A stretch of 50,807 nucleotides of DNA, counting the filler, from Trypethelium eluteriae (Eukaryota): assembly GCA_051942245.1 (NCBI GenBank). It is 2 parts of 2 records of this genome, joined end to end, with 100 filler letters (N's around TTAATTAATTAA, not from the genome) between each part and the next. Parts side by side here need not be neighbours in the genome. Positions count along the whole stretch, not along the records: positions 25,503 to 50,807 come from JAVECL010000377.1; 1 more part is not named here. One strand, written 5' to 3'. Both the position numbers and the translations under genes were made by a program. How positions within the stretch are numbered: position 1 is the stretch's first letter; every line of letters starts with the position of its first letter. A model generated the notes under the pieces. That model searched no databases and was not told the origin of the DNA. It was given only the letters and a program-made list of their open reading frames with translations. Of this stretch, positions 39,702 to 49,488 are shown one piece after another.

Positions 39702-40515
39702 ATGCCCATAATAAAGTTTGATGTCCTCGCTACAGCCGCCGCCATTTGAATGTGTGAAGGACATAGCTGGGTTGAGGTTGGAAGGGCAGTAGATGAAGTC
39801 GGGAACTGGCTTGGTGAGCCAGGATACCCCCGGGGATACGGTGTGATAATAGCCCTCAACCGTCGCCGAACTTACTGATACGCAGCCAGTTGATCGTGAC
39901 TCGCCTACTTTTCTTGCTATTGGTGATGCTACCATGACGTATATGCTGCCTCCTACTGGTCGCGATGTCTTATGGAGCTCTGATCTGGTCTGCAAAGACA
40001 CTCAGCAACAACTGCAGCAGACAGCGGGCTACCCTATTCTCTCAGTCCCTATAGGCGCTAAAATTATGCTAGCATATCAAGAGAACGGTTATATAACCAT
40101 TCCCAGTGCGAATCAGGATAAACCGGATCCCGGCACGGTCACTATCTACGGTACTCGGAATTCCAGGCCGAATAATACCCTATTCGAAGTTCAGGAATGG
40201 ACACGAGATGGCGATGGTAGTAATAAGCAAGGTCATGTTCTTGCTGAAATGCAATTTAATAACGGCCATTGCTATACTTTTAATGACACGAATCCTGAAG
40301 TGCTTCATCGTCAGGCGATGCCCCAACCGCCGCATATGGAAAAGGAAGGCCTCAATTTGTGGTGCAAGAATAATTTCACTCTATCCCGCAATCTCTCAGA
40401 GGGACTACTCAGTGTCTATTGGGTGTGGAGGTGGCCCTCTCTTCCGGCGCCGGGCCTTCCATGTGGCAAGACACAAATTTATACCACATGTCTAGATTTA
40501 GATATCTCGGCCTGA
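39702..40515 (+). pseudogene. Secreted protein with predicted mature N-terminal His (HSWVE; DUF7492-like), one premature stop
   Basis: MPIIKFDVLATAAAI*MCEG/HSWVE..GEPGYPRGY, intron ~39841-39889, MTYMLPP.GR, YQENGYIT, GTVTIYGT, LWCK, VYWVWRWP, YTTCLD; TGA at 39747. Confidence 0.7.
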
Positions 40516-40642
40516 AAAGGGCCGAAATCTGAAACTAATAACGTCTTATGGCGTTCGTCTGTAGCAGTCTTTGCTTAATTAAGCAGTTCCTTTCCCACCA
40601 TAAATACCGTCTATTTGTATACGCAGCTGTTCAGAAATAAAC

Positions 40643-41410
40643 ATGGAGTCCACAGGAACTGGAGGTGCCGGTACGACTAAGCCCAAGACCTTATCCCCTG
40701 ACGCTGCTCGAAAGCGTCGGCATACACTGTTTTAAAAGATCAACCAGTATTATGCCCTGGCGGGAGCCGAAGCGTACCTTTTGGTATACTACCGGGGCAA
40801 ATTTTACCAATACACATCTAAGGACACGGAGACTTGGCCTCCCCCGAAAGCACAAGTTGTAAGCTTGGCGCACCACCTCAGTGCTGTATTACTCACACGT
40901 CAGTAGGCAATTACTTACCCTGTCCCGGAGCAAATAACACCTGCAGATTTTGTTGATCCCCGTGGTGAATCCAGAGAGCCAGGCTCACCGCCTCAACCGA
41001 CGGATCAAGTTGTAGGTTTCGTGGCCATTATACGTGCCGTGCTCAGACATTCGTAGGCGATTACATGCCCCATTCCTGATCAGCAAAGCTCTGCAGATCC
41101 TCTTGGTCCCAACAATAAAGGTTGGCGGGGCGTACCGGGAAGCACAGAGCCACAACCTGAGTCTCGCGAGCTGGTTGGCGTTTTTATTCCACCACAAGCA
41201 CGAGCGAGCTTTTCAGATTTAGAAGCAACGACTAAAAATGGCGGTGGAAGTAGGACCTTAATTGAAGGGGTAGAATATCCGCATTCCTTAGCACCAGAGT
41301 TCTGAAAACCACAGGTAGCTTGACAACTAGAGGCACATGTCATCATTCGTTAGATCCCTGAAGATCAGATAGTTTCATTGAATTACGGATCGCTTAGTAA
41401 CAATGATTAA
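40643..41410 (+). pseudogene. Divergent MADS-box-like protein, inactivated
   Basis: RKRRHTLF*KINQYYALAGAEAYLLVYYRGKFYQYTS..WPPP, intron ~40859-40906, YPVPEQITPADF; TAA at 40733; 3' end approximate. Confidence 0.65.
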
Positions 41411-41630
41411 ATAATGTGCATGTCGTGATTGCAGTTACGCGAGGCTCTCTAATTTAACATCCGGTAGTACCACCATGCTGGAGCCAATGAGCGCGGCTGG
41501 TTTGCGAGAACGATTAAAAAAGAGGACATAACCTTATTTAGAGATGTCCTAGGCAGCTCACTGTACTTAAGAATGGAGCGTCGCTTACCTTAGACAAGAC
41601 AATGTAATTAAACATCTCTTGTGAATCAGC

Positions 41631-42110
41631 ATGCCTTCACGTAAGCGTTCTAATCAGAACCTTGAGCCGCCATCTGCTGGTGCAGAAGGCCCCAAGGGGG
41701 AGCGCCCACCCACCCCCCATCCTAGCAGGTTCACGGAAGAACGCTATTCTGAAGGCGACATTGACCCCAACAGCCCTGATGCGAAACGGTATAAACTCCA
41801 CAGAGCTCTACCGCTGGTCGATACGCAGCAACCTCAGAATATTAAACCCCCCCCAATTCCATCCAATGACATCCACCCTTATCCTTCCAACAAACGCCGA
41901 GCGAACCCAAAACGCCACAAGACCTACAGTACAAAAGCAAAAGCGAAGACGTCAGCCGAGATTGAATGGCCAATTGAGAAGCTTCTGGCTGCCCGGCAAA
42001 CTGAAAAGGGACGTGAATTCAAAGTTAAATGGAAAAGCACCTGGGTTTTGGAGACGGATCTTGTTAATGCAAGAGCTGCGGTACGGGCTTTTAACAAAGC
42101 ACAAGCATAG
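41631..42110 (+). CDS. Small basic protein with C-terminal chromo-like domain
   Basis: Intact 159-aa ORF; EWPIEKLLAAR..GREFKVKWKSTWVLETDL..ARAAVRAF; NLS-like PSRKR N-terminus. Confidence 0.75.
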   Translation: MPSRKRSNQNLEPPSAGAEGPKGERPPTPHPSRFTEERYSEGDIDPNSPDAKRYKLHRALPLVDTQQPQNIKPPPIPSNDIHPYPSNKRRANPKRHKTYSTKAKAKTSAEIEWPIEKLLAARQTEKGREFKVKWKSTWVLETDLVNARAAVRAFNKAQA

Positions 42111-42580
42111 TGCAAGGCTTCCCATAGGCTATCAGTGGCATCTTTAAATTTGTTTTACTCACGAACTATCTTGCCTAATACATGACTGAACAACCATGCT
42201 TCCCGCACAAATCCGGGCTTCAGATGCTGTCACTACTTCCGAGGCCAGCAAAACTGCGCCAGATGGGGCTATAAAGAACAATTTAAGAGCTCAGGTGGCG
42301 TGCAGACTCAGCGGACAGACATAATTCTAAATATAACACACATGCCCGGACTAAATCGGAATCCTCTGGTCACCATGTAATACTCTTCTGCCATGCTAGA
42401 GCGCTGCCAAGCATGCACTTGCAGGTGAGCCTAATGACTGCGTGAGCAGCAACGTCGACTAGGATCGTACAGGGGATATCGTCAAATGGCAACTTTCGCC
42501 CTTTTCTTGCCCTCCTTCTCTGTCCCTTTTTTTCTCTTTTCCCATTGCCTTTCACGTGACAGATCTTACTCAGCTGGCCT

Positions 42581-42670
42581 TATATAAGGGTGCTCCCCCC
42601 TTCTTCTCTTTCTCGAGTTCTCTGTCCCTTTCCTTCCCTCCTCCTTTCTACGTCAGAATTCCTTCTCAGT
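42581..42670 (+). promoter_or_regulatory. TATA box and pyrimidine-rich leader of RING gene 1
   Basis: TATATAAGGG at 42581 followed by a CT-rich tract; mirrored upstream of paralog 2. Confidence 0.6.
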
Positions 42671-43454
42671 ATGACAGACAATGCTCTCATTGACATTGAC
42701 GGAGATTTCACTGAAGACGATTCTACCGATTTCTCCGACTTAAGCCTCCCATCCATCATCGAGTCGACGCTGCGAATCTCAAAGAAGAGATGCCTCAGTA
42801 AGTACATAATTATCTCGGTTAACTAATACTGACCGTGCACGAATAAGCAACTTCTGCATCAACGTCTCATTTCTGTTCTGGATGCAGAACAGATCTTCTG
42901 AATAGTGAGACGGTGTACCTCCTTCTAATATGTGTTTGCGTATGTACCTTCTCTCTTAGGTCGTATTTTTCTTGCTTGCATGCTAATTGTTGAAGCTGTA
43001 TTGTCGCAAGTGCGTCATTCGACCGCTTATAGATCGGCTCGGCACAAAACCCAGTGTGGACGGCCAGCTAGCTTACGAACTACTCGACCAGCTGCTGAAG
43101 GACCAAGCACCAAAACCCACGCCCCTCCTGATCCGTAAATGCCGCTGTACGAACCAGAGACACGATAGCATTGACGGCGCCGTAGAGTGCTACGGCATAA
43201 CATGTGCGTTGTGTACCATGGAGGACTTGCCAGGCTGTGCAGACCTGTATCTACCCTGTGGTAAGTTGCCATAAAAACGCATTTAAAGACACGCTGAATT
43301 TAAAGGGCATCTGTTCTGCGAAGATCATTTTGCAAAATCGATGGCAAGAAGCAGACATTGTCCAACTTGCAGGAGTATATTGCCCACAAATGGGTCAGGT
43401 TGGCTGCGGGACGGCTCATACCGGATCCAGTGGCCGATCCATCTGCGTGGATGA
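42671..43454 (+). CDS. Double zinc-finger (RING-like + RING) protein, paralog 1
   Basis: Exons 42671-42797, 42848-42939, 42996-43260, 43306-43454 give a stop-free product: LIDIDGD..SLPSI..CSGC..ICVC/LYCRKC..CTNQRH..CALC..LPC/GHLFCEDH..CPTCR..WPIHL. Confidence 0.75.
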
Positions 43455-43902
43455 GGAGGTTGGGGCTAAGAGTAGGCTTTAGGTCACGTGCAAGTTATCG
43501 TACTCGTTTAATTAGGGGTGCAGAAATGGTCAAGCCTGAATCGCGTACAATATTATTGCAAATGCATTGCCACCCGCAGACGACAGAGCCAAAAAGGTCT
43601 CGACAATCTGGGACCTCATCAAGGTCTTGTTTCCATCGCCTCCTTCAACTGGCAAGTCGCGGCCACCGATGAACATAATATGACTGGACACGTCCTTGCC
43701 GGATATTGGAAAGTGATTATCTACAAGTCTTTACGCGCACCTCAAAATGCTATAGTACCACAAGCCCCAGCAAGCTTTCAGAAAAAAAGGACTGCTCTAT
43801 CCTCAAGGTGAGCCGAATGCCTCCGTGGGTGCAGCGCCGTGTCCAATGATAACGGGTCGGGGAGCCTGCCAGGGATGCTTCGGCTGGAGTCCCAGTCGTC
43901 CC

Positions 43903-43982
43903 TATATAAAGGGGGCTCTCCCCCGTCCCTGTCTCAGCTTCTCCGTCCCTTCTTCTCCTCCCAACAGGGAATTTTCGTCGAC
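43903..43982 (+). promoter_or_regulatory. TATA box and pyrimidine-rich leader of RING gene 2
   Basis: TATATAAAGGGGGCTCTCCCCC at 43903, similar to TATATAAGGGTGCTCCCCCC at 42581. Confidence 0.6.
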
Positions 43983-44721
43983 ATGACAGAACAAAACCCC
44001 CTTATCATTAACGGAGATAGTGATGAGGAAGATTACGACTCTGACTCAAGCCTTCCAGATATCGATGAAATGATGCGGCAGAGAAAAAAGATACGGCCGA
44101 GCAGTGATGACTGTAATGAACAGCCTAGAATGAAATCTCGTTCCTGCTCCGGATGCAGGACAGATGTTTGGAACATTGAAAAGGTATATGTGCTTTCCTT
44201 GTGTGGTTGTGTAAGTCTCTCTGTATTTCTGAGCAAATTGTCACTCGTTTGCTGACCGTTGAAGCTGTATTGTCAGAAGTGCATCATCCAACCGATTCAA
44301 AATTGGCTCGCTAAGGCGGATGATGAATACATCCGTACAAGTGCCGCGATGTTCGATAAAATGGCGGAGCAAGCTCTGCCTGCCTTGATCAAACATTTCC
44401 GATGCAGGATAAGGGGTCACCGATCTTGCTGTGGTGCATGGAGGTGCTATGGCATCCTATGTCCACTATGTATCTTAGAGGACTCACTAAAACCTGGCAA
44501 CCGCTTTCTACCCTGTGGTAAGCTGCTGATATAAATCATTCTAGAACCATGCTAAGTGGAAACCAGGACATACATTTTGCGATTTTCACCTTGAGAAAAG
44601 CTTTTCCTTTCAAGACTCCGAAGCCAAGGTATGTCCAACTTGTAGGAGTGAAGTGCCTAGGCAAGAGCTGTGTCACGACGGCTTCTACACACACACGGTC
44701 GTTTGGCCGGTTCACTTATGA
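43983..44721 (+). CDS. Double zinc-finger (RING-like + RING) protein, paralog 2
   Basis: Exons 43983-44210, 44265-44517, 44567-44721 give a stop-free product: LIINGDSDEED..SLPDI..CSGC..LCGC/LYCQKC..CRIRGH..CPLC..LPC/GHTFCDFH..CPTCR..WPVHL; last two intron positions match paralog 1. Confidence 0.78.
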
Positions 44722-45519
44722 AAAGTGGCTTTTGGCTCGGTTAGCTTCTGTTTGTCAAGAGATTAGATAGTGCGGTTCTGTATCTGGTAATAGCACAGCG
44801 GTGTTCCGTGGACTTAGTCTTCTCCGTTTTCTCCGTTTTCTCACCATTGCTATGATGAGTAGTAGCTGGAACCTCTTTAGGCGGCTGGTGTGGTATTGAT
44901 TGATGAAGAACTTCAGCACAGCATGGTTGTTTTAGATTATCGCCGTTGTAAGCGGTGAGCGTTTGTCACTCGATATGTAGTTTTGATTGGCATTATCGCG
45001 AGTAGAATACCCGCACATTCGACATTCCGCATGTTGGCAACTGAGCGCAGCGCCGTCCGGCCTTTGGGTTGCACTCGGAGGCAAGCCACAGTCGATTAAT
45101 TAGGAGCCTTATTCTAGGTAGCTGGACCCGAGTCGTGGCCCGATAAAGCGCCGTGTGACCCTGGGCGTCCGTTATGAGGACTGCGTCTGGGTTGTCGTCA
45201 AGTTCGCGAAGAGATTCGGGGGCTCGGCCAAGGATGATAAAGGGAGTTGCTGCTCATCAATCGAGTCCCGTTCTATGCTTGGTGGGTTTAATGCAATGCA
45301 GATTCAGATCCAACGCGCCTGGACCGCATCTGGTTCGCCTTCTCGTCACGCGGGGTTGATGTGGTGGGGTGGCCCGTGTCAAACGGACACCAACACCAAC
45401 TTACTCCGTACTTAGGTAACTACAGGTAATTAATGCGCACGCTTACATGAGGTATGTAGCGGCCCTCGGCATCACGGGTCTATGACGCCCACTCCTTCAC
45501 CCCCTAAAGAGCAAGCGAC

Positions 45520-46590
45520 ATGGCGACAAGTAATTTTATCATCGTGGGAGGTGGCTTTGTGGGGGTATCTACCTCGCTCGCATTGCAGCGATGGTATCCT
45601 CAAGCTAAAACCATCATTTTTGAAGGCCTTGCGACTAAGACAGCATCGAAAGATATCAACAAAGTTATCCGCACTCCATATCCGGATTAAGATGTGTCTT
45701 GTCTTGCAGAGGAAGCGCAAAAGAGATGGAGAACGGCGTCTCCGTATCAAGAATTCTACCATCGAACAGCATGGATTCGCATCATCAGTGAGAACAACAA
45801 CGAAGGGTCGTTGAGATCTTCATCCGAGCGTGTCGTCAACTCTGACAAGTTAATGAAAATGGTCGGGTCCAAAGAGCCTCCACAGTTAGATGAAGGAGAT
45901 GAACTCTGGATCAATGAAGAAGTCGGATGCGTCAATGCAGCGCAAGCACTAGAAGCATCTGCTGCTTATGCGGCCACACTTGGTATCTTACGTCGAAAAG
46001 AGGACATATCTCAGATTATAATCCAGGACGGCGTCTGCCAAGGGGTTCAAAATGTCAAGGGTGAAATGTTTCCCGCAACAACCGTTGTCATAGCCGCAGG
46101 CGCATGGACTCCTACTTTGCTCAAAAGCTCCAAGATCAAGTTTCCTAAAAACTTCTTCCAGGCAACTGCAGTCAGAGTCGGCATGATGGATCTTACTAAA
46201 GCAGAGTCAGATATGTTTAGATCTATGCCTGTTCTTGTTACAGGTCACGGTTAGTCACAGTATCAAACCGAACGATAAACAATCTGAGTGTCGAAATAAG
46301 AGAGATTATGCCGCCAAGTAACGACGAAAAAGTCTTAAAGATTACAACCACACGAAGTTTTCGAATTAATGATGTAGGAGCATTCGAAAAAGACTGTGTC
46401 AGAAGTGCCTCTGAGTATAGCAATATCCTTCGGAAGATGATGCCACAGCTCAAAGACAGGCCTCTGAAATAGTGGGATTGTCTGTAAGTATCAACCATAG
46501 AAAGGAGGAAGTCCAGTACTAAGGTCATCCATAGCGAACTCATGACGCCTTACCAACTTCCACTCATCGACAAAGCGCCGGGAGTTGACA
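45520..46590 (+). pseudogene. FAD-dependent oxidoreductase (sarcosine/fructosyl-amine oxidase-like), stop-containing and 3'-truncated
   Basis: FIIVGGGFVGVSTSLAL, ASKDINKVIRTPYPD*, LAEEAQKRW..FYHRTAW, VIAAGAWTP, MTPYQLPLID; TAA at 45688; C-terminal FAD-binding segment absent. Confidence 0.8.
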
Positions 46591-47838
46591 ATCGATCGCC
46601 TGGGTAAGACTGCGCGCAAGATCGGCTCCAAATTTCCGTTATGCATTCGCCTTCATCAATCGGCATGTAAACGAATGGAAAGCCTTCAACTCAACGCGGG
46701 ATGTCCTTGTAGAACTCATCATTTCTAATTGTTTCATGCGCATGTATTAGGATGACACCATTACCGGTGATGAGGGCTGAGTATCCGAGTATCCTCTCGG
46801 AATTGCATCTAAAATGCATCATACGGAGGCCCCCCAAGTTTGTCGTTGGGGGAAGACGCATCTTAAGATCGATCATCTTTGGCTCGCACACTGGCCAACT
46901 CCAGAGAGGTGTATTGGTTCGATCGGTTGTAACGCCTCGAAGCTTCATACCCTGCTAAACGGTTAATTCTTACCACGGACCAACAGGTACTGAACTCACA
47001 TCGGTTCTAGCATTAAGCTTTCCAGCCTCAATGCCTGGTATGACCCTCCACCATATTCCCAAAGGTATATTTGCATCGTCCAGAGTTTTCTTAGATTGGC
47101 TGAAAATAACCATTCGCACGCCTAGATGATCTTCTGCGATGTAGACCTTCTTGATGGGGATTAATCTTCGAGCATCCAATAAAAGCCTTTCACCTTTCGC
47201 CTTATGCATGGTCGTAGAGCTACGGAGACTCTTAACGTACTGAATGCCATCGAGAGCGACATAGCTTGCGAACAAGTAACCAGATGTATAAATCGTGGCG
47301 TCTCCACGCAAGGCAGTGTTTTCTATCTGCACTTGACCCGTGACAACTGCACATTGGCGGCTGAGATATGAGGCTACCATCAACCACAACTCAAGCGGCA
47401 TTGTACAGGATGTGAAAGTCCGGCTAAGCTTCTGAGCGAGAAGTCTTTCAGTACGTCCAACTCGTCGGTCGTCTTCCCTGAACGCAGGCTGAAAAGTGTA
47501 ATGAGTTGCGATCAGAAAATGGGGCGAGATCTCATTGATTCTGAAGGATGTACAATGGCTATGGAGGCCACTCATAACCCTATCACGGAATCCGCAGGAA
47601 GGTGTACAGCACATGTGGAAGATGACATCGTGTATATCATCGTCGTGAAATTTCGTGTTCATGCAGAACGTGAATTCGGGAGAGAAGATTTTCTGGGCGG
47701 ATGCTAGAACATCAGCAGGCCGAAGCAACCGCAGCCCGATACCTTACCTGCAAATATTAGATCGCCATCGATCAAGGCGAAACGGCATAAACCGCATCGG
47801 GCCTGTGCAATGCAATAGCAAGAGGCGTATTCGGCCAT
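46590..47838 (-). pseudogene. Conserved-looking fungal hypothetical protein with F-box-like segment, stop-containing and 3'-truncated
   Basis: MAEY..CGLCRF, intron, MPLELWLMVASYL, YVALDGIQYV, AEDHLGVR, WW, D/GMKLR, RMMHFRCN..GYS..IHAH..FY, TGA at 46691, YMPIDEGECITEIW, then similarity to the recalled family pattern ends. Confidence 0.55.
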
Positions 47839-48795
47839 AACGGTGAAGTCTACCAACGGGTGATAGAGATTTCGGACTGCCAGATTTAGTGTGGGATTCG
47901 CCTGGATAATCAAGGGTCATTGACTCTTTGATGCATCCTTCGAGCGGTCCTCATGAGCTGAATGATATTGCTATCTCCGGAAAGGGATCCTGAAATAAAT
48001 GACTTTGTACGGTACGGAGTACCTAGAACCTTTGGTGACAGCGTGCGGAGGAAGATCTCCGAGCAACGACTCCCACGTGACATCAATCAGATTAATAATT
48101 TGTCACAAGGTGCCCGACATTTTGTCTCTTCAAACTGCCACCCTAGTGGACAATGTGAGCACGCTTTTATCAAGTACCGTTCAAAAAGCGGGCTAGCTTC
48201 CGTTACCGTAGTAAGTACCGACTAGCCTAGCAACGCTGGGTAAATAATCTGCGCTCTGCAGCGATCACAGGATTGGCTCGAGGATAGAGCTGTTTGATAT
48301 CAACAACCTTTGAATTTGGATTTGAACTCATAAGAACTCGGTAGTGGAGTTTGATTTGAGCGTTGTGAACATCCGCGGCAGATGCCTCCTCTCATTTCTG
48401 GGTCCGTCTTGCGAGCTCCTCGTTCACAGTCATGTTCTGTTTTGAACGCCCTATTTATAATGTAGACGTCTCCAAATCCATGTCATGTTGCCGCTTTGTT
48501 CATTGTCCGGTCGTGATCTTAGAGCAGTGTATGCCAATTCGCAACGGGCAAGGAGTGACATGGCAAAGCACGGGTCACGAATCGTCTAATAGGATGACAG
48601 TGTTAAATCAAACGATCTGATTTGGAAATGGACTACGATATATATATATACATGAATGCATGAGGGAGATACCAACAGAATTGAGTCTGATCACGTGATG
48701 AGTTCCTAGGTAAGGTATCCGCGGGCAATTGGCTTCACGTCACGGGCGAGACCGACTCATCGCAAGCGGGCCGTTGCTCAACGAAATCCCAGCGT

Positions 48796-49395
48796 ATGGC
48801 TGATGGACAAGAGTATACTGTCGTTCGGGAAGCTGTGCCTGCTGCGATGGTGCGCTACGTAGCCGCAATGATTCGAGATGGCAAGCTGCAGGTAGTCGAA
48901 AGAGCTGAGAAGTTTGAACAGTTCGAGGTGCCTTATGCCGCATATGAAGTGGTAGAGCTCTTCCGTGTAAGCTTTGGTAATATTCACGGCTTCCATTATT
49001 AATAGGTCCAGAACCGGTATCATAGTCTGCTCCAAGAAGTGTGCAGTGGAGAGCCATATCTTGATGTGGTCCATATAGGTCGATTTTACGAAGCTGTCAT
49101 TGATCCAGCAATTTTAGATCCACACTTAATCGATGCTACCCGCCTCCAAATCGGACCTAAAACAGAGCTTTATGTAACAATAGCATTAAGCGATCTAACA
49201 CCAGAGACCGGTTGGTTTATCTTTTTGGAGGGATCACACAAGCGGCCACTGGACACCCAGAGCTGGATAAAGAGAATGACAAGACTGACAACGGGAGATG
49301 CAATCATATGGAGAGGAGATCTCGTTTCGACCCAGACCGGCGGTGGCGGTCTTTTCCAAACTTTGGTTTTTCGTCTTCCGCCAGTACCCGCTTAA
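48796..49395 (+). CDS. Small PhyH-like (2OG/Fe dioxygenase fold) protein
   Basis: Exons 48796-48966 and ~49012-49395, stop-free; YTVVREAVP, VTIALSDLTPETGWFIFLEGSH, LTTGDAIIWRGDL. Confidence 0.65.
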
Positions 49396-49488
49396 TGATA
49401 TCAAGATTGTGGGTGTATCGCCATAGACAAGGTGGGTGAATTGGGAGGACCTGCAGACGACAACAGACTAGAATGTACCTATTCTTGA

